Below are positions 50,028 to 59,611 of a stretch of DNA of 64,000 nucleotides, in pieces. The stretch is from an uncultured Candidatus Saccharibacteria bacterium (GTDB lineage Bacteria; Patescibacteriota; Dojkabacteria; J137): contig CAZUKH010000001.1 in NCBI GenBank assembly GCA_964620955.1, forward strand, positions 124,593 through 188,592, read 5' to 3'. The notes beneath the pieces were generated by a model. That model saw only the letters and a list, made by a program, of their open reading frames with translations. It did not search any database and was not told the DNA's origin. Each line of letters begins with the position of its first letter. The stretch's first letter is position 1. Position numbers and translations under genes: made by a program.

Positions 50028-50681
50028 CTATTCTAAAGCAATTTCTAAAGCTTTTTTTGCTTTTCGTATATTAGTTGCTTTTGTAAAATAAGACCCAACA
50101 CTTACCCTATCTACCTTTTTTTTACGTATTAACTCAGCTGTAGTAGGGTTTACGCCTCCGTCAATACTAATCTTACCTTCAAACCCAATTTCTTTAAGCC
50201 ACTCTACTCTATCCAGCACCCAGGGTATAAATTTATTTCCTTGGGAACCTGGTTTTACCGTCATTAGTTGAATTTCGGAAAACTTTTCGTAGTAATCCAA
50301 ACTAAGTAAATCACTTTCAGGATTGATTGCAATATTTATTTTTAGCCCTTTTTTCATTAGTTGCTCTACCTCCAGTGTATCTGGTAGATACTCTTGGTGT
50401 ATAAGAAACTTTACCTGTGCTTTTCTTTTTATCTTTTCTTCTACCCCGTGCAGGTAAAACGTTGGCAAATCCACCATCAGGTGGATATTAAACTTATTTT
50501 CGTTGAACTGGTTGATTTTTTCGATTGCATAGTCGAGTCTGATTGTTCTTTTCCCCGGGAATTCGTCGCCTGCAGCGTTTATATCAATGTCAATTGTTTT
50601 AAAATGCTTATTAAACTTAGCTAAAAGTTTGTCAAACCGCTTTTCTTTATTTTCTAAGATTGCAGGACATATTTGAATCAT
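50028..50681 (-). CDS. rpe: Ribulose-phosphate 3-epimerase
   Basis: ICPAIL, IHLMV, AINPES, LMTVKPGSQG, IDGGVN, VGS. Confidence 0.9.
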   Translation of the reverse strand: MIQICPAILENKEKRFDKLLAKFNKHFKTIDIDINAAGDEFPGKRTIRLDYAIEKINQFNENKFNIHLMVDLPTFYLHGVEEKIKRKAQVKFLIHQEYLPDTLEVEQLMKKGLKINIAINPESDLLSLDYYEKFSEIQLMTVKPGSQGNKFIPWVLDRVEWLKEIGFEGKISIDGGVNPTTAELIRKKKVDRVSVGSYFTKATNIRKAKKALEIALE

Positions 50682-50747
50682 GAAAAAAGAGTGTATTGAG
50701 ATTAGTATACTGCCAAAGTCGGAGATGTGCTAGGGGCTATGCAATTA

Positions 50748-51932
50748 TCATGGGTGGCGATTACTCCCAGAAGCAGGCTTAACTGGTCCAGGTATGACAT
50801 AGTCAATATACGGTGTAACATTCTGAAGATTGTTAAGATCGAATACCCTAAGAATGGAGTTCAAATTACCCGATTCGTCTGGACTATAAAATGCAACACA
50901 GGGCAAACCGTTTGCAACAAAAAAGTTGAGTGGAACCCTATCTAATGGAATTTGTCGAAACTGCCGGCTTTCGAAATAGTATAAGCCATAATCTGCGTTT
51001 GGATAGCCTCTATTTACTAGAGCTACTTCTTCGTTATCTATTGTTCCAATGCCAAATAGTCTGGGTTCTTCCCCAAGTACAGATATAGCCTCAACCGTAT
51101 TTCCTTCGGTGTCAATCATCAAAGCAGGTCCGCTTTGATCACTTTGACCATTGGGAATCACGAAAATATTTGTTTGCCCATTCAGCCAAACTGGAACCAG
51201 CGAATAATCTCGGCTTTGTCTGGCTCTATAAAAAACTTCTCTATTGGTTTCTAACTGCGGTATAGTAGACAAGATTACACCTTCACCATTGATTAATAGT
51301 ATTTTCGACCTAATTGGAGAATCACCCTCATCTACTTGAATAATAAAACTCCCCCTCCTTCCACCTAAAAGATTCCAATTGTTATACGGAGATGTATCTA
51401 TGGTAGTTAGGGTATAGCTGGGCCATTCAATATTAAATATACCTAGCTTTTGCTCGTCATCAGGTGAGCCCTCATAATACTCAGCGACAAAAACTGCCTC
51501 TCCCACATGGTAGATGTGACCCTGGTAAATATATTCGTTGATGTGTACAGTCCAAGGCATTAAAGTTAAGGGATTAACATTTACTATGTTTGTACCGTTG
51601 TTATAACTAATTATCCAATCTCCACCTTCGCTTACTCGCGGTGCTATCCATGATTCATCACGAATTCCTGTAAGTGAAATTGAATTCATAACGGAGGGAT
51701 ACCATAAGGCCAACACGTGTGACCGTTCACTAGAGGGGCCTGCTGGTGGCTGCGGGTAAGTCACGAGAACTGGTGACTGAGACCCTCCCTGTGTTATTGC
51801 ACAAATTGTAATAGTAAATCCCCCAAACAAAGCTACTGCAACTTTGAAAAGCCTTGAGTTTCCCAGGAATGGACTCTCTTCATTTAGTGCTCTTAGTGGA
51901 TTTTCTTGAGGTGCTTGGCTGGATTGATCCAT
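50748..51932 (-). CDS. Orphan membrane-anchored beta-rich protein
   Basis: Likely start MDQSS at 51932; one TM then beta-strand-rich sequence. Confidence 0.6.
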   Translation of the reverse strand: MDQSSQAPQENPLRALNEESPFLGNSRLFKVAVALFGGFTITICAITQGGSQSPVLVTYPQPPAGPSSERSHVLALWYPSVMNSISLTGIRDESWIAPRVSEGGDWIISYNNGTNIVNVNPLTLMPWTVHINEYIYQGHIYHVGEAVFVAEYYEGSPDDEQKLGIFNIEWPSYTLTTIDTSPYNNWNLLGGRRGSFIIQVDEGDSPIRSKILLINGEGVILSTIPQLETNREVFYRARQSRDYSLVPVWLNGQTNIFVIPNGQSDQSGPALMIDTEGNTVEAISVLGEEPRLFGIGTIDNEEVALVNRGYPNADYGLYYFESRQFRQIPLDRVPLNFFVANGLPCVAFYSPDESGNLNSILRVFDLNNLQNVTPYIDYVIPGPVKPASGSNRHP

Positions 51933-52047
51933 TATCTTAGACTTGATTATTTGCCCAAAATAGCGACTACTGTTCGCCTTGAACCATTTGAATACTGTTG
52001 TAATTTTAACACATCTTAACAATTTGTCAACAGCCCTTAGCAGCACT

Positions 52048-52611
52048 CTACTCTACCTCGGGGAATTTATTATTTTTTTCTAAATACCTATCTAACTCTT
52101 CCTCATTCCAAATGTTTTTAGGATTTTGAATATAACTTAAAAAAAGAACACCATCAAGATGATCTTGTTCATGTTGTAGCAAATGAGACCCAAAGCCTTC
52201 CCATTCTAAGTATTTTTTATTGCCTTCTTTATCTTGGTACTCTACTTTAACTGACCTAGGTCGCGATACGGGCCCGAATAACCTTAGTTTACCAGCACTT
52301 ATTGACATACACCCCTCCCACTCTATTGCTGTTTCCCGTGAAACTTTTAGAATTTTAGGGTTAATTAAAGTAATCATTTTGTAAGCAGCCGATGCCGAAT
52401 CCTGTGTAAGATCTTTGACAACATAAACACGTTTTAGTACTCCTAGTTGTACTGCCGAAAGACCAGCTGCAGCCTGTTTATTAGCAACTAAAGTGTCTTC
52501 CAAGTTTTTGATCAATACTTGAATCCTTCCTGAAGAGATTTCACCCGTATCAACCTTTTCTGAGGCTTCCAGTAGCCTTTTATCTCCTATTTGAATAATA
52601 TCTTTTACCAT
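52048..52611 (-). CDS. def: Peptide deformylase
   Basis: AAGLSAVQLG, EGCMS, QHEQDHLDG. Confidence 0.95.
   Translation of the reverse strand: MVKDIIQIGDKRLLEASEKVDTGEISSGRIQVLIKNLEDTLVANKQAAAGLSAVQLGVLKRVYVVKDLTQDSASAAYKMITLINPKILKVSRETAIEWEGCMSISAGKLRLFGPVSRPRSVKVEYQDKEGNKKYLEWEGFGSHLLQHEQDHLDGVLFLSYIQNPKNIWNEEELDRYLEKNNKFPEVE
52330..52345. promoter_or_regulatory. parS-like site (in def)
   Basis: TGTTTCCCGTGAAACT, 14/16 match to TGTTTCACGTGAAACA. Confidence 0.55.
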
Positions 52612-52626
52612 GTTTCACGTGAAAAG
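52611..52626. promoter_or_regulatory. parS-like site (at def start)
   Basis: TGTTTCACGTGAAAAG, 14/16 match to TGTTTCACGTGAAACA. Confidence 0.65.
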
Positions 52627-52898
52627 TTAAGAATACTCACACTTCTATTTACCTTGACAAGGTAACAATAATCGTAAAATTTGTACACCTTGACGATATT
52701 ATTATAACACGTTTAAAGAGATAGTCGGTACTATAAGACTATATAAAGGATTAACATATAAATCGTCCCGCAGCTTTACCTGCTAAGGTATTTTAAACTT
52801 GCTTTACCAAAATCTGTATTCTAACTATATAAGTTAAAATGGCTGAGTTAACAGCCTTATATTTGAACATCAAACATTTTTCAAGCAGGGTAAAGTTA

Positions 52899-52927
52899 TT
52901 GACTTATTGGTGCAATATACATAAACT
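52899..52927 (+). promoter_or_regulatory. Sigma70 promoter of hup
   Basis: TTGACT-17-TAAACT, followed by a 5'UTR hairpin TACTTATC..GATAAGTA (52933-52967). Confidence 0.65.
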
Positions 52928-52996
52928 AAAAGTACTTATCAATCAACTGGATCCAGATAGATAAGTATTAATTTTATTTATTACCTAAGTTTTGTT

Positions 52997-53269
52997 ATGA
53001 ATAAGTCAGACTTAGTAGACTATATTGCAAACAAGACTGGTCTTACCAAGAAAGATGCAGCTAATGCTCTAAACGCAATGGTAGACGCAGTTGTTGTTAC
53101 AGTTAAGTCAAACAAAGCAGTAACCTTAACAAACTTCGGTACCTTCCTTTCTGTAAAGAGAGCAGCAACAACCAAGAGGAATCCAAAGACTGGAGCTCCT
53201 GTACAGGTTCCTGCTAAGAATGTACCAAGATTCAGACCAGGTAAAGCATTTAAAGATGCTGTAGCTTAA
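52997..53269 (+). CDS. hup: DNA-binding protein HU
   Basis: MNKSDLVD.IA..TGLTKKDA, FGTF, RNPKTG, VPRFRPGKAFKDAV. Confidence 0.97.
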   Translation: MNKSDLVDYIANKTGLTKKDAANALNAMVDAVVVTVKSNKAVTLTNFGTFLSVKRAATTKRNPKTGAPVQVPAKNVPRFRPGKAFKDAVA

Positions 53270-53283
53270 GAATTTTCAAAAAG

Positions 53284-53311
53284 AAAGTAGGGGCTTCGGC
53301 TCCTACTTTTT
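53284..53311 (+). terminator. Intrinsic, probably bidirectional, terminator between hup and recJ
   Basis: AAAGTAGGGGC-TTCG-GCTCCTACTTT stem with cUUCGg loop, followed by T-run. Confidence 0.9.
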
Positions 53312-53314
53312 GTT

Positions 53315-55009
53315 TTAAAATTTATTGGTACCAAAATCTATAAGACGTAAAGAAATATTTTCGTATCCATTCCACTCATCAATTTCAATATTGACTGCTA
53401 TTTGTAAAGGTGAGTTTGCATCAACTTCTTCAAGCTTATGCGCCATATTAAATCCAATAACCTTTGCTATTCCTGACCCAACTTTAGCACTGGCGGAAAT
53501 GTGATTGGTCTCTTTTCCAACTTTTTTTATATTTGTAAGTTGAATATTGTCTAGTGCAAAACTAGGGGTAGCGTTCTCCAACCCAAAAGGTGCCATGCCT
53601 TGAAGTGACCTGGCTAACGATAAACTAACTTCATTAGGGTAGAGTAGAGCATCAATTCTAAGGACCTTTTCAACCATTTGCGGATTTATATTTGAATTTG
53701 CATGTGAAACAATTTGTTTTAAGAAGTTGGTTAAATGAACCTGTGAAAGAGTAAAGCCTGCAGCTTGTGCATGCCCTCCAAACCTTTGTAGATATGAAGC
53801 CCCGTGCTTTAGAGCATCCGCAATATTATATCCCCTGATGCTTCTTGCTGACCCTTTTAAAACACCATTTTTTAGTGATGCTGCTAAAACTGGTTTGTTA
53901 ATTTCCTGACAAAGCTTTCCTGCAATTAAGCCAACAACACCTTCCGGCCAATCACCCCCATAAACAAATAACAAATTATTGTTTGCTTGTTTTTCAATTT
54001 GCTTAAGGGCTTTTTCGTAGTACACCTGGGTAAGACGCTGTCTTTCTTGGTTTAGCGAATGCAGTTTAGAGGCATACTTTGTCGCCTCTTTTTCTGAATC
54101 AGTACACAATAGCCTAACAGAATCCATTGCGTGACCAAGCCTGCCCGCTGCATTTATTCTTGGACCTAATACGTATCCTAGGTGATAAGTATCAATTTTA
54201 GAAAGATTGACCTCACATATTTTGCATAGCGCTTTTAAACCCTCATTTTGTGTAGATTTAAGCCTGTTTAATCCTAGTGCTACATAAGTACGATTTTCTT
54301 CTATTAATGGCATAATGTCACAAACAGTTGCAAGAGAAACTAAGTCAAGATATTTGTTTGTATCTACACCATATTCTCCAATAATATTTATTGCACTACA
54401 TAACTTCCATGCCACCGCCGCTCCGCATATTTCACTAAAACTTTGATTATTAAGTTTTGGATGAACAACAGCTTTAGCTCCTTTAGGAACAAAATGCCCA
54501 GAAATATTAACCCCTTTTAAGTCTTGATTATTTTCACCAGCTAAGGTGACTGTATGGTGATCAGTTATTATAAAATCAACTTTTTCTTTGTAGTTGTGTA
54601 CGATTTCTAAATCTTTAATTCCGCAATCTACTGTTATTACAACTTCACCACCTTGTTTAACAATTGAGTCAAGTGATGCTTTACTTAACCCGTAACCTTC
54701 GTCAAATCTGCTTGGGATATAGGGTAGAGTAGAGTGATAGCCTAAATCATTGTAAAGAAATCTCCAAAGAATACTTGTTGCTGTTACACCGTCCACATCA
54801 AAATCACCGTGAATAAAAATCTTTTTTTTATTTTTTATGCTTTCAATAATAAACTTTGCAGCTGATTGCACGTCAAATAGTTCTAAGGGGTTTGGTAAAT
54901 GATCTTCTTTTGGTGACAAAAACCTTGATTTATCTTGTATAGATCTTGATTTAAGTATGTAGTTTATTACATCGTCACCAGAGTACTTATTGGGAATTAT
55001 CCATTTCAT
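53315..55009 (-). CDS. recJ: Single-stranded DNA exonuclease RecJ
   Basis: HGDFDVDG, YIPSRFDEGYG, TVDCG, TDHH, PRINAAGR, GSARS, GGHAQAAG. Confidence 0.96.
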   Translation of the reverse strand: MKWIIPNKYSGDDVINYILKSRSIQDKSRFLSPKEDHLPNPLELFDVQSAAKFIIESIKNKKKIFIHGDFDVDGVTATSILWRFLYNDLGYHSTLPYIPSRFDEGYGLSKASLDSIVKQGGEVVITVDCGIKDLEIVHNYKEKVDFIITDHHTVTLAGENNQDLKGVNISGHFVPKGAKAVVHPKLNNQSFSEICGAAVAWKLCSAINIIGEYGVDTNKYLDLVSLATVCDIMPLIEENRTYVALGLNRLKSTQNEGLKALCKICEVNLSKIDTYHLGYVLGPRINAAGRLGHAMDSVRLLCTDSEKEATKYASKLHSLNQERQRLTQVYYEKALKQIEKQANNNLLFVYGGDWPEGVVGLIAGKLCQEINKPVLAASLKNGVLKGSARSIRGYNIADALKHGASYLQRFGGHAQAAGFTLSQVHLTNFLKQIVSHANSNINPQMVEKVLRIDALLYPNEVSLSLARSLQGMAPFGLENATPSFALDNIQLTNIKKVGKETNHISASAKVGSGIAKVIGFNMAHKLEEVDANSPLQIAVNIEIDEWNGYENISLRLIDFGTNKF

Positions 55010-55048
55010 AGAGAGATTATAGCAGATTCGCTTACCAAAGCAGTAAAA

Positions 55049-55768
55049 TTAGTCTTTTTTATACCATTTTACAAACTTACGAAATCCTATCATGGTAAGG
55101 AAAGATGCTAGCAATATTAGTGCTGCGATTTTTCCTACGTCAATTACAGTTGTAAGCGTTTTCTGTTGGTTATACTCTGGTGTTAAAGGTAGGACTTCTT
55201 GATTAATATTCGAAGCATAATTTTTTCTTACAGTTGCTATAGCGTTACTATCTACACCAAATACTTCTGCCCGCCCAAATACTTCAGTTACGCCGTAAGA
55301 CTGCCCCTCAATAGGTTTTAATGGCCTCACTTCTAAAGGAAGTACATATGTTTGACCTGCTTGAATAGAGAAAACTCTTTCCTGCTGTGATTTGTTTACG
55401 TATTCTGAATCTCCTGTTATTGTCCAGGTGGCTCTTACTCTGTCCGAATTTACGTTGGCCTGTAAAATCATTTCAAATTTAATTATTTTTGATGATGGAT
55501 CCTGGGTGTATTGTTTAAACTCTGCTCTAAGAAGCTGAGTATCGTTAATAACTGGTTCAGAATTTGTTGTTTGCAAGTTTTCAGCTGAATCTTCAACGAG
55601 AGGATCTTCTTTATCTGTGCCTTCTTGGGTAGAATCTTGCTCGCTTGGTTGGCTACCGTTTATAGTTATTTTATTTTGTGCAAAGATTTTCGAGCTTAAT
55701 GGCAAGCTAACAAAAAAAATAGCGCAACTAATACTAATGACTATTTTTATAAAGGAAATGATTTTCAT
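55049..55768 (-). CDS. Hypothetical secreted protein with C-terminal TM anchor
   Basis: Signal peptide, Ig-like beta region, C-terminal TM + basic tail. Confidence 0.65.
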   Translation of the reverse strand: MKIISFIKIVISISCAIFFVSLPLSSKIFAQNKITINGSQPSEQDSTQEGTDKEDPLVEDSAENLQTTNSEPVINDTQLLRAEFKQYTQDPSSKIIKFEMILQANVNSDRVRATWTITGDSEYVNKSQQERVFSIQAGQTYVLPLEVRPLKPIEGQSYGVTEVFGRAEVFGVDSNAIATVRKNYASNINQEVLPLTPEYNQQKTLTTVIDVGKIAALILLASFLTMIGFRKFVKWYKKD

Positions 55769-55900
55769 GCGTTAAATTCCGTTAGATTAATATCTTTTAA
55801 ACTATTTTACGTCCAAAATCAGCATAAAACAAACTGGCAGAGCTAGGTATTGTCTGCTAAAATATATTGTAACTTTATATTAAATATTAAGAATTAAACT

Positions 55901-56578
55901 ATGATTTTTGACCCATTATATTTAGTTTTGGCTCTTCCAGGCCTTGCAATTGGAATTGTTGCCCAGGTTTTATTATGGATATCATTTAACAGATATTCAA
56001 GAATAAGTGCCGGTTCTAATCATACAGGAATGCAGGCTGCCGAGCTAATAAATGAGAAAGAAGGCTTTGGAGTGAGTTTTATAACTACACCTGGTTCACT
56101 TAATGATTACTATAACCCGTTAACTCATCAAGTTAACGTTTCTCAAGATAATGCAGTAAATGATTCTGTCGCAAACATTGCCGTAGTCGCACACGAATTT
56201 GGCCATGTACAGCAAAAACAAACAGGTAGTACTTTGTTTAAAATAAGAACAGTTATGGTGCCTGCTGTTAATATTGGCTCAACACTGGGTTTTTTACTAA
56301 TAGTTCTTGGGCTTGCAATTGCAGCAACCGGACTTGCTTGGGCAGGTATTTTACTTTTCTCACTTACTACTGTTTTTTCTTTATTAACATTGCCTATAGA
56401 AGTTGATGCAAGTAAAAGGGGAATGGAAATTATTAAAAAATATAACTTAATTGCTGAGTCTAAGATGGGGGGAGCAAAGATTGTTTTAAGTGCAGCAGCA
56501 CTTACATACTTTGCTAGCCTTGTTGCTTCTATTGGTCAGCTATTGTACTTTGTTATGCTAGTACAAAGGAGAGATTAA
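55901..56578 (+). CDS. Zinc metallopeptidase (YugP/Zn_peptidase_2 family)
   Basis: GSLNDYYNP, VVAHEFGHVQQ, TLPIEVDASKR, VLSAAALTY. Confidence 0.92.
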   Translation: MIFDPLYLVLALPGLAIGIVAQVLLWISFNRYSRISAGSNHTGMQAAELINEKEGFGVSFITTPGSLNDYYNPLTHQVNVSQDNAVNDSVANIAVVAHEFGHVQQKQTGSTLFKIRTVMVPAVNIGSTLGFLLIVLGLAIAATGLAWAGILLFSLTTVFSLLTLPIEVDASKRGMEIIKKYNLIAESKMGGAKIVLSAAALTYFASLVASIGQLLYFVMLVQRRD

Positions 56579-56580
56579 AT

Positions 56581-56730
56581 AGGTAAAAAGTAAAAGCTAA
56601 AAGCTAAAAAGGACGAGGGAATAGGTAAAAAGGATAGATAAACGAAGAGCTAAAAAGGAAAAGCGAAAAATAAGGCAGCAGGCAGGGACCTGAAGTAATA
56701 AGATTCTTTAGACAACTGCTTGCCCCTTGC
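56581..56730. repeat. Intergenic heptamer tandem-repeat element
   Basis: AGGTAAA-AAGTAAA-AGCTAAA-AGCTAAA-AAGGACG-AGGGAAT-AGGTAAA-AAGGATA..GGCAGCA-GGCAGGG-ACCTGAAG..AACTGCT-TGCCCCT. Confidence 0.7.
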
Positions 56731-56766
56731 GTATAATGCTTTAAGTATTCGTATCCTTGCTAAATA

Positions 56767-58050
56767 ATGAAACTACAAAACTTACCTATAAAAGGTACTT
56801 CAGATTGGATGCCAAAAGAATTCGAAAAAAGAAAATATATCTTTGATGTTTGGCGCAAAACCTGTTTACAATTTGGCTATCAAGAGTATTTAACACCTTT
56901 GCTGGAGCCTGCGGAAATCTACCGCGCAAAATCAGGGGAAGATGTAGGCGGGCAAGAACTAACAACACTTGTCGATAGAGCAGGCCATGAGCTTGCGATA
57001 AGACCAGAAATGACACCTTCTGTTACACGAATGCTAAGCCGGTTTTATGGCGAGCTGACTAAGCCTGTTAGGCTTTTTTCTATTGCTAATTTTTTTCGCA
57101 ATGAAAAACCTCAAAAAGGCCGGAATAGAGAGTTTTGGCAACTAAATTTTGATATTTTTGGAAGTAATGCGTTGTCTTCTGATCTTGAAGTTCTTCAAAT
57201 CGCTATTGAAATTATGCGATCGTTTGGCGCAACTAAAGATATGTTTAAAGTTTACTTAAATAACAGAAAATTTATAGAATTTTTTATTAAAGACTACTTA
57301 AAAGTGCCAAACGATCGCATACAAGAGGCAGCAAGAACTTTAGACCGCTTCCCAAAAATGCCTAGCATAGAATTTATATCACAACTTGAAGCTATTGGGG
57401 TGAGTTTTCCTGATGGAAAAGACTTTTTTATTGAGCTTATGAGCAGGAATGAAGAAAGCGCTAAAAAAATCTTTGAAGATGCCAAAGAAAACGATGGAGT
57501 TAAACAAATCATAAGCTTGTTAGACCAAGTTAACAAACTAGGACTCTCGGATTTCATTGACTGGAACCCTGCAGTAATTAGAGGTTTTGATTATTACGAC
57601 AGAATGGTTTTTGAAGTGTTTGATAAAAACCCGGATAACAGCCGTGCATTATTTGGGGGTGGCCGGTACAATGGACTTGCAGGTATTTTTGACAAAGAAG
57701 CTTTTCCTGCAGTGGGTTGTGCTCCCGGTGACGAAACTACTAAAATCTTTTTAGATACATGGAATTTGTGGCCTAAAAACCTATCTCCTGAGATTGTTTT
57801 TTTGCCTATACTAGATAATAACCTGGAATTAGAAAGCAGAAATCTTGCAGCAAAGCTTAGAAACATGGGGCAAAATGTGCTTTTGGGACTAGAAACTGTA
57901 AAACTCACTAAAGCCCTTGAAATTGCTAACAAAAACTCTTACTCTAAAACTGTAATATTTGGCGAGTATGAAAAAAGAGATGGGGTTTATAAAGTAAAAG
58001 ACATGTTAACAGGCGAAGAAACTTCACTTAACCTGCCTTCAAATGTTTGA
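56767..58050 (+). CDS. hisS: Histidyl-tRNA synthetase
   Basis: IKGTSD, RPEMTP, FRNEKPQKGRNREFWQ, RGFDYY, GGGRYNGL. Confidence 0.96.
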   Translation: MKLQNLPIKGTSDWMPKEFEKRKYIFDVWRKTCLQFGYQEYLTPLLEPAEIYRAKSGEDVGGQELTTLVDRAGHELAIRPEMTPSVTRMLSRFYGELTKPVRLFSIANFFRNEKPQKGRNREFWQLNFDIFGSNALSSDLEVLQIAIEIMRSFGATKDMFKVYLNNRKFIEFFIKDYLKVPNDRIQEAARTLDRFPKMPSIEFISQLEAIGVSFPDGKDFFIELMSRNEESAKKIFEDAKENDGVKQIISLLDQVNKLGLSDFIDWNPAVIRGFDYYDRMVFEVFDKNPDNSRALFGGGRYNGLAGIFDKEAFPAVGCAPGDETTKIFLDTWNLWPKNLSPEIVFLPILDNNLELESRNLAAKLRNMGQNVLLGLETVKLTKALEIANKNSYSKTVIFGEYEKRDGVYKVKDMLTGEETSLNLPSNV

Positions 58051-58063
58051 TAGACTGCAATAG

Positions 58064-59227
58064 ATGCAAAAAGAATCACAAAAGAAAATTAGCGGGAAAT
58101 TGGTTTTGGCATTAAGCTTGTTTGCAATAGTTGCAATAATTGGAATAGGACTATTATTTATTCAGCTTGTAGCAAGAGAAAATAATATCCAAGAAGAAAA
58201 TAGAAATTCTGTAGATAGAGTAGAAAACAATAACCAAGAGTCCAGCAACCTTGATAGCGAGGGGAACGAAATAGTTGTTGAGATTGAAGAATCAAGTCCA
58301 AAAAGATTTGCTGCTATACTTGTAAATGACACTATAAGCCTTTTTGATGAGAACAATGAAAGCATTCCACTAAACTTGCAGCAGTTAGGTTGGACAGACA
58401 TAAAGTGGAGTCCAGATGGATCGCAGATAAGCGTAAAAGGTAAAGCCGCTAACCAAAACTACGACCTTGCAATTTATACTTTTTCCAATAAAAACTGGGA
58501 ATGGATAACAAATTTTGCCTTAGAAGAGACTGGCGTAGACAATTACTTTTGGGCAGGTAATGAAATCGTTTTTATGCAAGGTGTAGGAGCTAACCGTTGG
58601 CTACACAGATTTTCACAAGGTTCTGTAAACAAGCTTATTCAAGTTGATGGCTCAATTGAAAGCGTATCTTCGGACGGTAAGTTAATTGTTTTGAGAAGGT
58701 TATATGATAATGGACTGGAGGTTTATAACCTGCAAAATGGACAGCAATGGGATTTAACAAATATGATTGATCCTGATGGGGTGGCCTTTAGTGTTAGCGC
58801 TGTCTGGTTTTTGAAAGACACTACTAAGGCTTTAATAAGAGGAGAGTCTCAAAAACTAGAATCTACTTTCCTTTATAAAGCTAATTTTGGTGAGTCAGTT
58901 GGAGTACAAGTTGTTGTAGAAGCTGATACAGTAGAAACATTACTTCCACTTTGTTTTGCAAATAGCGATGTAATATTTGGAATAGTTTCTGACCCTATCT
59001 TTGAACAAGATTATTTTATTAAATTAAATGTCAAAAATTTTGAAGAAGAGCTAATAGCCGACTTACCCTTGTTTGAAAAAGAAACTGCTGTGTGCATTAC
59101 TGCAGGAGCTATTTTAATTAAAAATAACGAGGGTCTTACAACTGTATGGACTCTTATAGACAAAGATGGTAGCCAAAAACTAAACTTTTTGACAGATGCC
59201 AAAGAGGTTGACTACTTTGAAGGCTAG
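58064..59227 (+). CDS. Membrane-anchored TolB-like beta-propeller protein
   Basis: N-terminal TM; WSPDG, SSDGK repeats. Confidence 0.65.
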   Translation: MQKESQKKISGKLVLALSLFAIVAIIGIGLLFIQLVARENNIQEENRNSVDRVENNNQESSNLDSEGNEIVVEIEESSPKRFAAILVNDTISLFDENNESIPLNLQQLGWTDIKWSPDGSQISVKGKAANQNYDLAIYTFSNKNWEWITNFALEETGVDNYFWAGNEIVFMQGVGANRWLHRFSQGSVNKLIQVDGSIESVSSDGKLIVLRRLYDNGLEVYNLQNGQQWDLTNMIDPDGVAFSVSAVWFLKDTTKALIRGESQKLESTFLYKANFGESVGVQVVVEADTVETLLPLCFANSDVIFGIVSDPIFEQDYFIKLNVKNFEEELIADLPLFEKETAVCITAGAILIKNNEGLTTVWTLIDKDGSQKLNFLTDAKEVDYFEG

Positions 59228-59251
59228 GTTAAAATTGATTTGTAAAAAATT

Positions 59252-59611
59252 ATGGACGAACAGACTTTATTAAAAAACGCAAATAACATTCTCTCAATGG
59301 AAGAGGGAATAAATTCTGAAGTAGAAGTTAGCGGAAAAAGCAAATTAACTGATTTTGTTTTACCAGGAATGCTAAGCTCCAAAAACACCCTTGGTAGTCT
59401 TTATAAGTTTGAGCCAGCAAGCAAAAGGGGTGTAGTTGGCAAAATTAAACAAAAAATTCTAACAAAAATGAAAAATATTGTTTTAAATGTTGTTGAGAGA
59501 GAAAGTATGAAACAACAAAAATTTAATGAACTCACATACAACGCTATTGACTTATTGAATTCCCGGATTAACGAGTTAGATGAAAAAATTAAGTCTTTAG
59601 AACAGAAGTAA
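59252..59611 (+). CDS. Hypothetical coiled-coil protein associated with glycan genes
   Basis: VVGKIKQKI..QQKFN..IDLLNSRINELDEKI coiled coil. Confidence 0.65.
   Translation: MDEQTLLKNANNILSMEEGINSEVEVSGKSKLTDFVLPGMLSSKNTLGSLYKFEPASKRGVVGKIKQKILTKMKNIVLNVVERESMKQQKFNELTYNAIDLLNSRINELDEKIKSLEQK

Noticed and set aside
56581-56730. Possible CRISPR array in the repeat tracts
   Set aside because: Units are degenerate 7-mers without unique spacers; no cas genes
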